From IMG/VR virus record IMGVR_UViG_3300050119_000050, positions 1 through 61,316 of that record: DNA of 61,316 nt; one strand, 5' to 3'. Of the stretch, positions 1-7,972 are shown in pieces. The DNA comes from a virus. Taxonomy: Duplodnaviria > Caudoviricetes. Below the pieces are notes generated by a model that saw only the letters and a program-made list of their open reading frames with translations, did not search any database and was not told where the DNA came from. Position numbers and translations under genes: made by a program. Position 1 is the first letter of the stretch. Every line of letters starts with the position of its first letter.

Positions 1-207
1 GTGGTGCTGTGCGTTGTCGCTAAGCTTTATCTCTGGGACAAGGTCATTGGCTCATTCGTCGGCTGCTCGCAAGCGGCGGCGGGAACGTGTGGCATGTTCA
101 CAACCGATCCGTTCGACGACAACGCGTGGAAGATTTTTGGCATGGTCATGGCCTTCTACTTCGTGTCCGAGTTGACGCTCGGCGTGACGAGGCTAGTTCG
201 CAAATGA
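1..207 (+). CDS. 5'-truncated membrane protein, probably part of the lysis/late cassette
   Basis: Hydrophobic segments; tightly coupled to downstream membrane ORFs; runs off the window edge. Confidence 0.45.
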   Translation: MVLCVVAKLYLWDKVIGSFVGCSQAAAGTCGMFTTDPFDDNAWKIFGMVMAFYFVSELTLGVTRLVRK

Positions 208-422
208 ATATGCTGTTGGTCATCGCAACTGCTTGCTTCCTGCTCTTCTGCCATGGTTCGTCCCATCGGCACGTGAAGCACGCGCGCCCGGTCGCCGACT
301 GCACCACGATCACTGCCGAGTGGGACGCCGATCACGCGTTCGACCGGGACACGTTTGTCAAGAGATACCCCGCTGATCAGCAGCACCGGGTTCTCGAATG
401 TTTAGACCAGCGGGGACTGTGA
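204..422 (+). CDS. Small exported or lipoprotein-like protein
   Basis: ATGA overlap with the upstream stop; hydrophobic N-terminus MNMLLVIATACFLLFC. Confidence 0.4.
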   Translation: MNMLLVIATACFLLFCHGSSHRHVKHARPVADCTTITAEWDADHAFDRDTFVKRYPADQQHRVLECLDQRGL

Positions 423-637
423 TGAGCGCGACAGTCGACGAGAGCACGCAACGCCTGATCGGTCAGATGAGCGCTAACATCGAAACGATCATGAAGAAGC
501 AAACGGAGTTGGAAGTGAAGCTCGACGCGGTTGTCGCGATGACTAACCGCTGGAAGGGCGCGACGACGATCCTGATCATGTTGGGCGGGTTCATCGGGTG
601 GGCAACTAACCTCCTCTTCAAGGGACACACCGGATGA
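422..637 (+). CDS. Small coiled-coil protein with C-terminal TM helix (holin/haemolysin-like)
   Basis: Coiled-coil N-terminus, then ATTILIMLGGFIGWA TM segment. Confidence 0.5.
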   Translation: MSATVDESTQRLIGQMSANIETIMKKQTELEVKLDAVVAMTNRWKGATTILIMLGGFIGWATNLLFKGHTG

Positions 638-1113
638 ACGATCCATTCGCCAAGTTTTACGACAGCGGCACGTGGGGCTCCCTTGTCCTGAACGTCGTCT
701 CCGGGGCCGCGTTGCTTGTGGCTTCGGCATGGTTCGTCAACAACCTGATCAGCACGCGCGACATCGACATCCCGCCGCGCATCGTCAACAGCGTCGTGCT
801 CGAACCTACGATCATGTTGCCCGGCCACCCCTTCAGGGCTCACATCAATGTGACGCTCAACAAGCTCTGCCCTTACGAGGTCCACTGGTCGCTGGTGCGC
901 GCCACGGATAACGTTGAAGTCGTCAAGGTCATTGAGCCGATCAAGCAACCGCCTGCCGAGACCGGCACGCAAGAGCTTCCCGTTGTCGACCGCTACATTC
1001 CGAGTTCGACGGCTCCGGGAGATTATCAATACGTCTCCGAGGTCTATGATATCTGCGGCAAGGGACACACCTTCATCTCCGTCCGCAAAAATGTCGGGGT
1101 CAACATTCGCTGA
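634..1113 (+). CDS. Membrane-anchored hypothetical protein
   Basis: N-terminal TM helix and beta-rich domain with two Cys; overlapping start. Confidence 0.6.
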   Translation: MNDPFAKFYDSGTWGSLVLNVVSGAALLVASAWFVNNLISTRDIDIPPRIVNSVVLEPTIMLPGHPFRAHINVTLNKLCPYEVHWSLVRATDNVEVVKVIEPIKQPPAETGTQELPVVDRYIPSSTAPGDYQYVSEVYDICGKGHTFISVRKNVGVNIR

Positions 1114-1178
1114 TCGTCAGTAGCCGGAACGATTGCCTTGTGCTATCGTTGTCCCTCAGAATGGGAAGGGACGCCCCT

Positions 1179-1577
1179 ATGCTTCTTGAACATGAACTCG
1201 CTGCCATGGCAGAAGCCATCGCCGACCGCCTTGTCCCGAAACTCACCGCCATCATCCAGAAGGAAATGAAAGCCATGACCGATCAAGCCGTTCTCGATCT
1301 TACCGCAGCGACCGACGCCATCGTTGCGGAACTGACCACGCTCGTCACCGACCTTCAGGCCGACGCCAAGTCGCTGGCGTCCGCCGTCTCCGCCCAGCCG
1401 AACCTCGATCCGGCCATCGAAGCTCAGGTCGCCCGGCTCGTTTCCGGCACCACCGCCGCCAAGGCCGCCGTCGACGCCCTCGCTGTTCCGGCCAGCCCGC
1501 TGGCAAGCCCCAGCCCGGCCGCCACAGCGGCTGCCGCAGCGGCCCCGGTATCTGCGGCCCCTGCCCAGACCGCCTAA
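1179..1577 (+). CDS. Ala/Pro-rich hypothetical protein
   Basis: Purine-rich RBS (GGAAGGG); coding-like codon usage; followed by hairpins. Confidence 0.6.
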   Translation: MLLEHELAAMAEAIADRLVPKLTAIIQKEMKAMTDQAVLDLTAATDAIVAELTTLVTDLQADAKSLASAVSAQPNLDPAIEAQVARLVSGTTAAKAAVDALAVPASPLASPSPAATAAAAAAPVSAAPAQTA

Positions 1578-1619
1578 CCCAGCGCCACGCCAGCCCCGGG
1601 ACGGGGCTATCCACAAACA

Positions 1620-1655
1620 GAACGGCCCTCGGGAGATCACTCCGGGGGCCGTTTG
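1620..1655. terminator. Intrinsic terminator between convergent gene blocks
   Basis: AACGGCCCTCGG...CCGGGGGCCGTT inverted repeat followed by T residues. Confidence 0.65.
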
Positions 1656-1680
1656 CTTGGCGAAGTCGAACGCTTTTCAA

Positions 1681-2022
1681 TCAGTCCGTCGTCGGGTCGC
1701 CTACGATTTCCGATACACGATCTTGTGATCCGAGCAGATCAAGACCAGAGAAGCGATCACCGATTGTTGGGCCTCGCGAGGGCATGATCACCGTGTTCGT
1801 CGACGCCGAGCGCGTCTCGTTGACGACACGGACCACGGCCTCACTCTCGGCCTTGGTGATATCGTGCAACGTCAACGTCAACTCCGCCGTCGTTGGCCGT
1901 TGCTGAAACATGCGAGACGATCCGTCGTAAGTGTTCACGCGGAGGAGGTCTTCGGTGACCGCCAGCGTCCATCGCACCAGATCGCTGCCGTCGCGTCCGC
2001 CTCGACCGCCTTCGTATCTCAC
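1681..2022 (-). CDS. Hypothetical protein containing RFSGLDL motif
   Basis: Coupled ORF; DRFSGLDL near the C-terminus. Confidence 0.6.
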   Translation of the reverse strand: MRYEGGRGGRDGSDLVRWTLAVTEDLLRVNTYDGSSRMFQQRPTTAELTLTLHDITKAESEAVVRVVNETRSASTNTVIMPSRGPTIGDRFSGLDLLGSQDRVSEIVGDPTTD

Positions 2023-2255
2023 GACACGACCTCCGTCTTGAGCTTCAGGTATCGATCACGGGTCCGCCGGTTGTTACTGAGCTTCGGGTCCCATCCCAGA
2101 TCGAGCAGCCGACCCTCGCGCGACAGCGGCTGCATGGTCGCTCCGCAATAGATGAGCCTGCGGCGCTGGCGAGAATTGGCTTTGCGAGGACGCGAGAAAC
2201 CGCGCCAGCCTTTTGTGGGAGATGCGTCGAAGCCGCCGATCTTGAAGTTCGCCAT
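2019..2255 (-). CDS. Small basic hypothetical protein
   Basis: Fills the gap in the operon with overlapping start/stop. Confidence 0.55.
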   Translation of the reverse strand: MANFKIGGFDASPTKGWRGFSRPRKANSRQRRRLIYCGATMQPLSREGRLLDLGWDPKLSNNRRTRDRYLKLKTEVVS

Positions 2256-2256
2256 T

Positions 2257-2724
2257 TTAGATGTCCACCCGTTGGAGAATTTTCAGCATCAAGTACCAGT
2301 CATTGCCGACGTGATGCAGCTTGAAGAACCCGAACTTGGAAAAGTAGTCCGGCTTCTGCGTGCAGAGCGTCACCATCTGGCCGTTCTGTTTCTTGATCTC
2401 GTTGAGCCGCCACTCGACCAGCGCTTTGCCGACGCCCAAACTTTGGTATGTCTGATGCACTGCGATCCAGATCAGATCGAACGTGCCCTTCATCAGCATC
2501 GACGGAGCGTAGGCCGCGAAACCAACAGGCATCGGCGTGAAGTCGCGCGAGAGTGGATCGCCGATGTCCATGATCCCGAAGACTGGCGAGTAGGGCCCCT
2601 TCTTGAAGCTCTCGATCATCTGAAGATGACAGCGGTCGGCGGCAGCGGGCCCCCAGTTGGTCATCGCCATATCGCAGCAGAAGTCTATGTCGGACCCAAG
2701 GGTCGGCTGACGCACGTACATCAC
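2257..2724 (-). CDS. GNAT-family acetyltransferase
   Basis: IAVHQTYQSLGVGKALV (motif A) and YFSKFGF (motif B). Confidence 0.8.
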   Translation of the reverse strand: MMYVRQPTLGSDIDFCCDMAMTNWGPAAADRCHLQMIESFKKGPYSPVFGIMDIGDPLSRDFTPMPVGFAAYAPSMLMKGTFDLIWIAVHQTYQSLGVGKALVEWRLNEIKKQNGQMVTLCTQKPDYFSKFGFFKLHHVGNDWYLMLKILQRVDI

Positions 2725-3347
2725 TTGTCCTCATGCGTGTAAACGGGCGTCGTGCGCGGCGGCGGCTCATAGGCGTTATCGAAGCCTATCGAAGGCTTGA
2801 CGAATACCGGATTGCAGTCGCCACGCGGCTCGTAGGGGCCGGGCTTGTCGAATGCCGGGATGTTGAAGGCGTCATCATCATCTGTGAACACACGCGGCGG
2901 GGTCATCAGTGGCTGATAGGGTTGCGCGCTCGGCCAGCGGTCGCGGATGTCCCGGTCAATCTGCTCGGCCAGTTCTTGCACCGACTTGAACGGCATCAGG
3001 ATCACGACATTGGCGCTCTCGGTCATCATCAGGTTGACGATGTCGACCTTGCCCACACGGAAGTCGGTGCGATAGACCATGGTGAACTTGTTCTTGGCGT
3101 AGCCGTAGCCTAGCTCCCAGCACGTGCCGCTGTCGCTGTTCGCGCCGTCGAGATTGCCGAGCACCATCTGGCACCAATCGATCCCGGCGACATCGGAACG
3201 GAAAATATTTCCGAGGTCCGTGTCGCTCTGGTCCTGCTCTTGCGGCAGGAAGACGTCATGACCGTACAGGCGAAGCTGTTCACACAGACGCCGGTTGAAC
3301 TCGATCTCGGCCGCAGTGAACAGCGGCCCGGCCATATAAATTCTCAT
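2721..3347 (-). CDS. Nucleoside 2-deoxyribosyltransferase family protein
   Basis: IYMAGPLF, FLPQE, DSGTCWELGYGYA and NLMM motifs. Confidence 0.85.
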   Translation of the reverse strand: MRIYMAGPLFTAAEIEFNRRLCEQLRLYGHDVFLPQEQDQSDTDLGNIFRSDVAGIDWCQMVLGNLDGANSDSGTCWELGYGYAKNKFTMVYRTDFRVGKVDIVNLMMTESANVVILMPFKSVQELAEQIDRDIRDRWPSAQPYQPLMTPPRVFTDDDDAFNIPAFDKPGPYEPRGDCNPVFVKPSIGFDNAYEPPPRTTPVYTHEDK

Positions 3348-3350
3348 CGG

Positions 3351-3692
3351 TCAATCTCCCAGTGCGCCATACGCGCCGACAGCGTGCCTGTCGCGCTCGG
3401 TTTTGTTTCTCCAGCGGCGCTTGCAGTGCGCCGGGTTGCAGTAGTACCAGCCCTTGTGGACATGGAAGTGGTGATCGTCAACACACTTCGTGCGTTTGTA
3501 ATACTGGATCGGCGTCTCATCGCGGTGACGTGGCGGCCGGTACGCCGTGAACAGTGTTGCCCGGCCTTGCGGCGTGTCGCGCGTGATCGATATCTGCACG
3601 CACTCGGTCCACTTCTTCATCTCGGCGCGCGTGACCCGCTTCCACCCGTCTCCGGGCGGACCGATCAGCGCTCTGATAATCTCAGTGGCCAT
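3351..3692 (-). CDS. Hypothetical protein
   Basis: Coupled ORF starting MATEII; Cys/His-rich C-terminus. Confidence 0.5.
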   Translation of the reverse strand: MATEIIRALIGPPGDGWKRVTRAEMKKWTECVQISITRDTPQGRATLFTAYRPPRHRDETPIQYYKRTKCVDDHHFHVHKGWYYCNPAHCKRRWRNKTERDRHAVGAYGALGD

Positions 3693-4111
3693 CAGACCGG
3701 CCCCGTGCGACGCTTGCCGCGCTGATCCGTGCGCGCGTCTTCTTCGGAGCGCCACTCATGCACGGTGTAGGGGTCTTCACCGGGGCCATGCATCGGCACG
3801 AAGGGGCGGACCTCGTCGGGCCCGAACCGCAAGCTCTCGCCGAGTTCGTGGTTCATCGTGCGCAGGCACTGCTCGAATATCCACCGACGCCATGTCGCCT
3901 CGTTGTAGGTCGCGATGGGCACCGGGTGGTAGTGAGAGATGCGATAGTCGGGACTGTCGACGTCCGCGTCACCGTCGTAGTTGTCATTGGTCGTGAGCGT
4001 GATCACCAGACGCTTAGCGCCCTCCTCGTCGACAAGACGAAAGCTCCAGCCCGGCTTGCATTTGGTTTCAGCAACGATCCGGGCGAGCAGATCAAACGTG
4101 TCTTGGGACAT
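3692..4111 (-). CDS. Hypothetical phage protein
   Basis: 139-aa ORF with typical codon usage; HELGE motif. Confidence 0.65.
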   Translation of the reverse strand: MSQDTFDLLARIVAETKCKPGWSFRLVDEEGAKRLVITLTTNDNYDGDADVDSPDYRISHYHPVPIATYNEATWRRWIFEQCLRTMNHELGESLRFGPDEVRPFVPMHGPGEDPYTVHEWRSEEDARTDQRGKRRTGPV

Positions 4112-4129
4112 GGGGGACTTTCGTGCCGC

Positions 4130-4378
4130 CGCCCGATCCGCATAGACGCGCTACGGATCGGGCGTTTAGAACTTCGAATGCCACAACGCGATGCGACACC
4201 CGCTCTAACGACCTCTGAATTGGGTTGACGTGGTAGGGAGCCCGGCTCCTACCACGCCCGGTCATTCTGTGACTTCCGGGAGGTCCTCTCGTTCTCAAAA
4301 ATATCTGTGTTGTGCGTTGGTTCTAAAGATGGCGTTGATTACATCGTCATGGCATCGCCTCCGGGGCTGTTGTTCGTG
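4130..4378 (-). ncRNA. Candidate structured ncRNA (about 163-nt rod at 4165-4327) preceded by an SD-ATG-ACG-ATG-TAA minigene
   Basis: Own promoter TTGACA(4412-4407)-17-TAGGAA; long-range pairs TTTAGAAC/GTTCTAAA, CAACGC/GCGTTG, GACCTC/GAGGTC; downstream GC hairpin at 4130-4164. Confidence 0.5.
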
Positions 4379-4414
4379 GTCCTTTCCTAGCCGAGGTCCG
4401 AAAGCCTGTCAACT

Positions 4415-4508
4415 AGAAAAACGCTCGTCGTGCGCGGGCAGAACTCTTCGTGGTTAAAAGCGTCCGGTTCACTAGGTCACGGAGAGATGGACCCGCACAC
4501 GACAAGAC
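4415..4508 (-). ncRNA. Candidate small RNA of about 90 nt with paired 5' and 3' ends
   Basis: Promoter TTGACA(4543-4538)-17-TACCAA; 15-bp terminal stem (4506-4492 with 4438-4424) followed by a U-tract. Confidence 0.5.
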
Positions 4509-4554
4509 CCGCGCTTGGTAGCGCGGGCCCTGCATCATGTCAACAGCAATTCGG

Positions 4555-5685
4555 TCAGGCGGATTTGGGCTTCGTCGTGTCCCACGCCAGCCACGCTGAC
4601 GAGCCCTTCTTCACGCGCTCGCCTGCAGTGAGATCGATGCCACGCTGCACAGTGATCCCCCACTTCGGATGCACGAAAGCCAATGCCTGCTTCGGCGAGG
4701 CCGGACCGGCGCGCAGCAGCAGCCGCGCGTATTCGTTGTAGCCGATCAGCGATCCGTTGGCGAGCACCGGCACCGCATCACCGCGCGGGATGTAGGTGTG
4801 ATAGTGGCCGATGATCAGCGTGTCGAAGTCGCGACCGCACTGCGCTTCGGAGCGGCCGACCTTGATCGCGCCGCGCGCGATGGGGCCGAGCGCGCCGATG
4901 ATGCCGTCGCCGCCCTTGACGCCGAGCGTGTCACCGTGCGTGAGCATGAAGCGGTGCCCGTAAATGGCGAAGTGAGCGTCGACTTCGTTCGGCACGTGGA
5001 TCGTGACGCGCGGGTCTTTGGCATACCACTTCTCCAAGTTCTGATAGATCACCCACTCCCAGCTATCGAACACGCGGTTCTTCGCGCGTGGCTTCAGCGT
5101 GGTGCGTCCGTGATTGCCCGGCACGCACGGAACGAAGACCTTGCCGAACTTGGCGGCGAGCAACTCGATCAGGCCGATGATGTTCTCCTGCACTTCCATG
5201 ACCGACAGCGTCACCGGGCCGTCGTTGGTCTCTCGGAGATCGTCGTGGATCGCGCCCGTGATCATGTCACCAGCGAGACACAGAACGATGCCCGGGTAGT
5301 TCGGGTTCGTCATATGGTTGAAGCACAGATCGATGATCGTGCTCCCCATCAGCTTGACGCGCTTCTTCGCGATGGCGCGGTTGAAGGCGTTCATGCCGCC
5401 AACCTGATCCGGGTCGACCGTCTCGCCCCAGTGCCAGTCGGATGCGACGACGAGCGGGACCTCCATGAGATGTCCGGACTTCGAGACCGACGCATCGAGC
5501 CACTTCGGCGGCTCGCACGTGTAGGCGCTCAGGCCGAAGATGCTTTCGCGCAAGCTCTCCGCCGTGTCGTTGATCGTGGTGCGGGACCGGAGTTCTTTTT
5601 CGAGCGCTTTGATTTGGCTCTGCTTGCCCCGGATGATGTCGTTGGCGTCGTTGAGACGGTCGGCGTCTGTTTTCTGGTTAGGCAT
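4555..5685 (-). CDS. Calcineurin-like metallophosphoesterase with coiled-coil N-terminus
   Basis: SDWH, GDM, GNHGR, THGD and GHYH motifs. Confidence 0.85.
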   Translation of the reverse strand: MPNQKTDADRLNDANDIIRGKQSQIKALEKELRSRTTINDTAESLRESIFGLSAYTCEPPKWLDASVSKSGHLMEVPLVVASDWHWGETVDPDQVGGMNAFNRAIAKKRVKLMGSTIIDLCFNHMTNPNYPGIVLCLAGDMITGAIHDDLRETNDGPVTLSVMEVQENIIGLIELLAAKFGKVFVPCVPGNHGRTTLKPRAKNRVFDSWEWVIYQNLEKWYAKDPRVTIHVPNEVDAHFAIYGHRFMLTHGDTLGVKGGDGIIGALGPIARGAIKVGRSEAQCGRDFDTLIIGHYHTYIPRGDAVPVLANGSLIGYNEYARLLLRAGPASPKQALAFVHPKWGITVQRGIDLTAGERVKKGSSAWLAWDTTKPKSA

Positions 5686-5836
5686 TTTCTATAGTCCCTG
5701 TCTGTTGCCCGCCCCTTCGGCGAGGATTGATAAACACGTTTGCGTGCGAGATACTTCGGTGACGCTTGATAGCGCTGCTTGGCCGCTCTGCCTTTCGGCG
5801 AGAGCCAATAGCGTTTCGACATTTCCTTTCTAGTCA

Positions 5837-6226
5837 TCATGCGCGAGGGGGAATTGTGAAATTGAGATACCGCAGACGGCGCTCCAGCCGCCGGAGAGTG
5901 GCGGCGCTCGGGGAGTGCTCAGGGAATTTTGTCTTGACGGCGGTCGCGACGTTTCGGTGTGCGTGTGGGCCGCCCCGCTTCAACAGCAGCGACATCGCGT
6001 AGGCGTGAGCGGTGCCGCGATTGCGGCGACCTCGGATCGGCATCTTCGTGTGGAGGTTTAGTTCGGAAGCCATCTTGCGGACCCAGTCACGCGATGTCTT
6101 CGAGTTGGGAAATTGCTCTTTGATCTTTTCGAGAATGTAGCTGTAGTCGTAACCGATGTTGCGCCCGTGGATGTCGGTGAAGTTGGTCTTGACGAAATAC
6201 CCCTTGGCAAATTCCTTGATCGTCAT
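5837..6226 (-). CDS. Basic hypothetical protein, possibly DNA-binding
   Basis: ORF from MTIKEF, coupled to its neighbours. Confidence 0.55.
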   Translation of the reverse strand: MTIKEFAKGYFVKTNFTDIHGRNIGYDYSYILEKIKEQFPNSKTSRDWVRKMASELNLHTKMPIRGRRNRGTAHAYAMSLLLKRGGPHAHRNVATAVKTKFPEHSPSAATLRRLERRLRYLNFTIPPRA

Positions 6227-6227
6227 C

Positions 6228-6665
6228 TTACCATCCTTCGCAGGCGCGGAGGAGGACTTCGGCGACGCTGGCATCGGGGTCGACAACGGAGAGATGCGCG
6301 AGGACGTGTTCCGTCGCGATGACCTCGTCGTAGTTACTGCCGGGGATGAGATAGAGTTTTGCAGCATGCGCCTCGCCTACCTGTATCAGGACCCAGTGGA
6401 TGCGGCTGCCAGCCGTCGTGCGTTCTCGGTGCCAGATCGACTGGCTCTCCCGCGTCTTCGACCGGATGACCGTCGTGGCTCGCGCCGGTCGGGCATTGGT
6501 CTTCAGTTCGATCCAACATTGATCGCCGTTGATGACACCCTCGACATCGGGGTTGCCATCACCAGCGTCGTTCTCGATCCGACAGAAGTGCGTGAGATGT
6601 CCGCACTTCCGCAGATGCTTGATGCCATTCCGGCACCGCTGCCATAGGGCGGTCTCACGTGCCAT
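6228..6665 (-). CDS. PD-(D/E)xK nuclease, VRR-NUC / Holliday junction resolvase-like
   Basis: RETALW...GNPDVEG...WIELK...SQSIWH pattern. Confidence 0.75.
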   Translation of the reverse strand: MARETALWQRCRNGIKHLRKCGHLTHFCRIENDAGDGNPDVEGVINGDQCWIELKTNARPARATTVIRSKTRESQSIWHRERTTAGSRIHWVLIQVGEAHAAKLYLIPGSNYDEVIATEHVLAHLSVVDPDASVAEVLLRACEGW

Positions 6666-7168
6666 TACGCGTTCGGTCGCTTGACACCGAGCGGGTTCTC
6701 GTTACGCCGCTCCTCCGCGATCTTCATCGCCTCCGCAACGGTGCGCTGCTTCGGCAACTCCGCCGGGGCCTGCTCGCCGTTGGGGCCGACGAGGGAATTG
6801 GTTTCCTTGAACGCACGTGCGTCGACGACACCACGGGGGAGCGTCAGGCCGTACTTGCGCTCCAGCACTTCCTGACAGAGCGCACCGGCTCGCCAGAACA
6901 GCGCGACCGCTTCGAGCGCGTCGCCGTCCATGCCGTCGTAGTTCGCGGCGTGGCGCATGATGCAGTCGGTGTGATCCATGCTCTTACCGCGTGCGTGGTG
7001 CAGCGGCTCGCCCGGGTTGTGCTTCTCGTTGCCCTTGAACGAATGCTCGGCCAGCGCGGCGATGGCGTCCGGGAAGTAGTCCATCACACCGGAGAAGATC
7101 GGCACGCGCTTGCGGCCCGCGCTGTCGAAACGATCAAGGTAGCGTTTGAAGCGAACTAATTCAGACAT
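6665..7168 (-). CDS. dATP/dGTP diphosphohydrolase-like protein (DUF5664)
   Basis: YFPDAIAALAEHSFKGNEKHNPGEPLHHARGKSMDH..CIMRH. Confidence 0.7.
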   Translation of the reverse strand: MSELVRFKRYLDRFDSAGRKRVPIFSGVMDYFPDAIAALAEHSFKGNEKHNPGEPLHHARGKSMDHTDCIMRHAANYDGMDGDALEAVALFWRAGALCQEVLERKYGLTLPRGVVDARAFKETNSLVGPNGEQAPAELPKQRTVAEAMKIAEERRNENPLGVKRPNA

Positions 7169-7184
7169 GGGTCTTCCTTTTGGT

Positions 7185-7445
7185 TTAGAGGTCGTTGACG
7201 ACGCACACAACTCGACCGAGACATATCGGGATGTCCCGTCCAATGATGCCTCGGCCACGCCCGATGTAGTCGATCAGGTTTGCAGCGTCCAAATCAGCAA
7301 GCCCTTCAGGGCTCACGAAAAAGAACGTTTGGCCTTCGCCGCGTTCGCCTAAGTGGTCGACAAGTCGCGAGGCTAAGCTGGCAACGGGGTCAGCGTCATT
7401 GGCGGGTCTGGTCTCAAAAATCGCGAAAGCTACAGACAAAGGCAT
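7185..7445 (-). CDS. Hypothetical protein
   Basis: AGGA RBS; 86 aa. Confidence 0.45.
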   Translation of the reverse strand: MPLSVAFAIFETRPANDADPVASLASRLVDHLGERGEGQTFFFVSPEGLADLDAANLIDYIGRGRGIIGRDIPICLGRVVCVVNDL

Positions 7446-7487
7446 GGGTCGTCCTTTCGGTTCTGTCAGAAATTTGAGGTGAATTTC

Positions 7488-7742
7488 TTACGCGCGCTGA
7501 CCGCGCCGGACGGACGTCGCGAGAGTGCGGATGTCTTCGATCAGTCCGTCGCCGAAACCGAGCATCACGCCAGACGGCGCGGCTTGGATTTCATCATGCT
7601 GTTCGTCGGTGAGGTTGGGCTGCTCATGCATCGCTTCAATGTCATTGAGGACCTTGAAGAGGCTTTGAAGGGACTGGCCGGTCCGGTATAGCGCGAGGCC
7701 TTGGGCGTGGCGGGCTGGACTGATCGGCGGATGTCTCGACAT
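7488..7742 (-). CDS. Hypothetical protein
   Basis: GGGAG RBS; upstream promoter at 7767-7795. Confidence 0.6.
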   Translation of the reverse strand: MSRHPPISPARHAQGLALYRTGQSLQSLFKVLNDIEAMHEQPNLTDEQHDEIQAAPSGVMLGFGDGLIEDIRTLATSVRRGQRA

Positions 7743-7766
7743 GCGGCACTCCCGGGTTGAGGCCGT

Positions 7767-7795
7767 TGCTTACCTGATCCCGGAGAGAATTGCAA
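7767..7795 (-). promoter_or_regulatory. Sigma70-like promoter with CTCTCCGGGA spacer motif
   Basis: TTGCAA-17-TAAGCA; spacer motif shared with other promoters in the window. Confidence 0.5.
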
Positions 7796-7805
7796 TAGGG
7801 TTAAC

Positions 7806-7836
7806 GAAAAGAAAACGCCGCCCAGAAGGCGGCGTG
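7806..7836 (-). terminator. Intrinsic terminator after tRNA-Ala
   Basis: ACGCCGCC-TTCTG-GGCGGCGT followed by TTTCTTTT. Confidence 0.75.
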
Positions 7837-7839
7837 CAT

Positions 7840-7915
7840 TGGTGGACCGGGTCGGGCTCGAACCGACGACATCTCGCTTGCAGGGCGAGTGCTCTCCCAT
7901 CTGAGCTACCAGCCC
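7840..7915 (-). tRNA. tRNA-Ala(UGC) with atypical C33
   Basis: 76-nt cloverleaf; G3.U70, A73, encoded CCA; anticodon loop CCUGCAA. Confidence 0.9.
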
Positions 7916-7972
7916 GCGATGTCGACAGTGGGCAAACCGTATAACCGACCCTTCGAAATCACTGTCAAGCCT

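Noticed and set aside
5529-5840. ORF with SPKG-R repeats as an intact endonuclease
   Set aside because: Only a basic repeat segment with no nuclease motif, and it overlaps the phosphoesterase gene by about 150 nt; at most a remnant.
7840-7915. Reading the tRNA as tRNA-Cys(GCA)
   Set aside because: The 5-bp anticodon stem centres UGC, and G3.U70 with A73 are alanine determinants.
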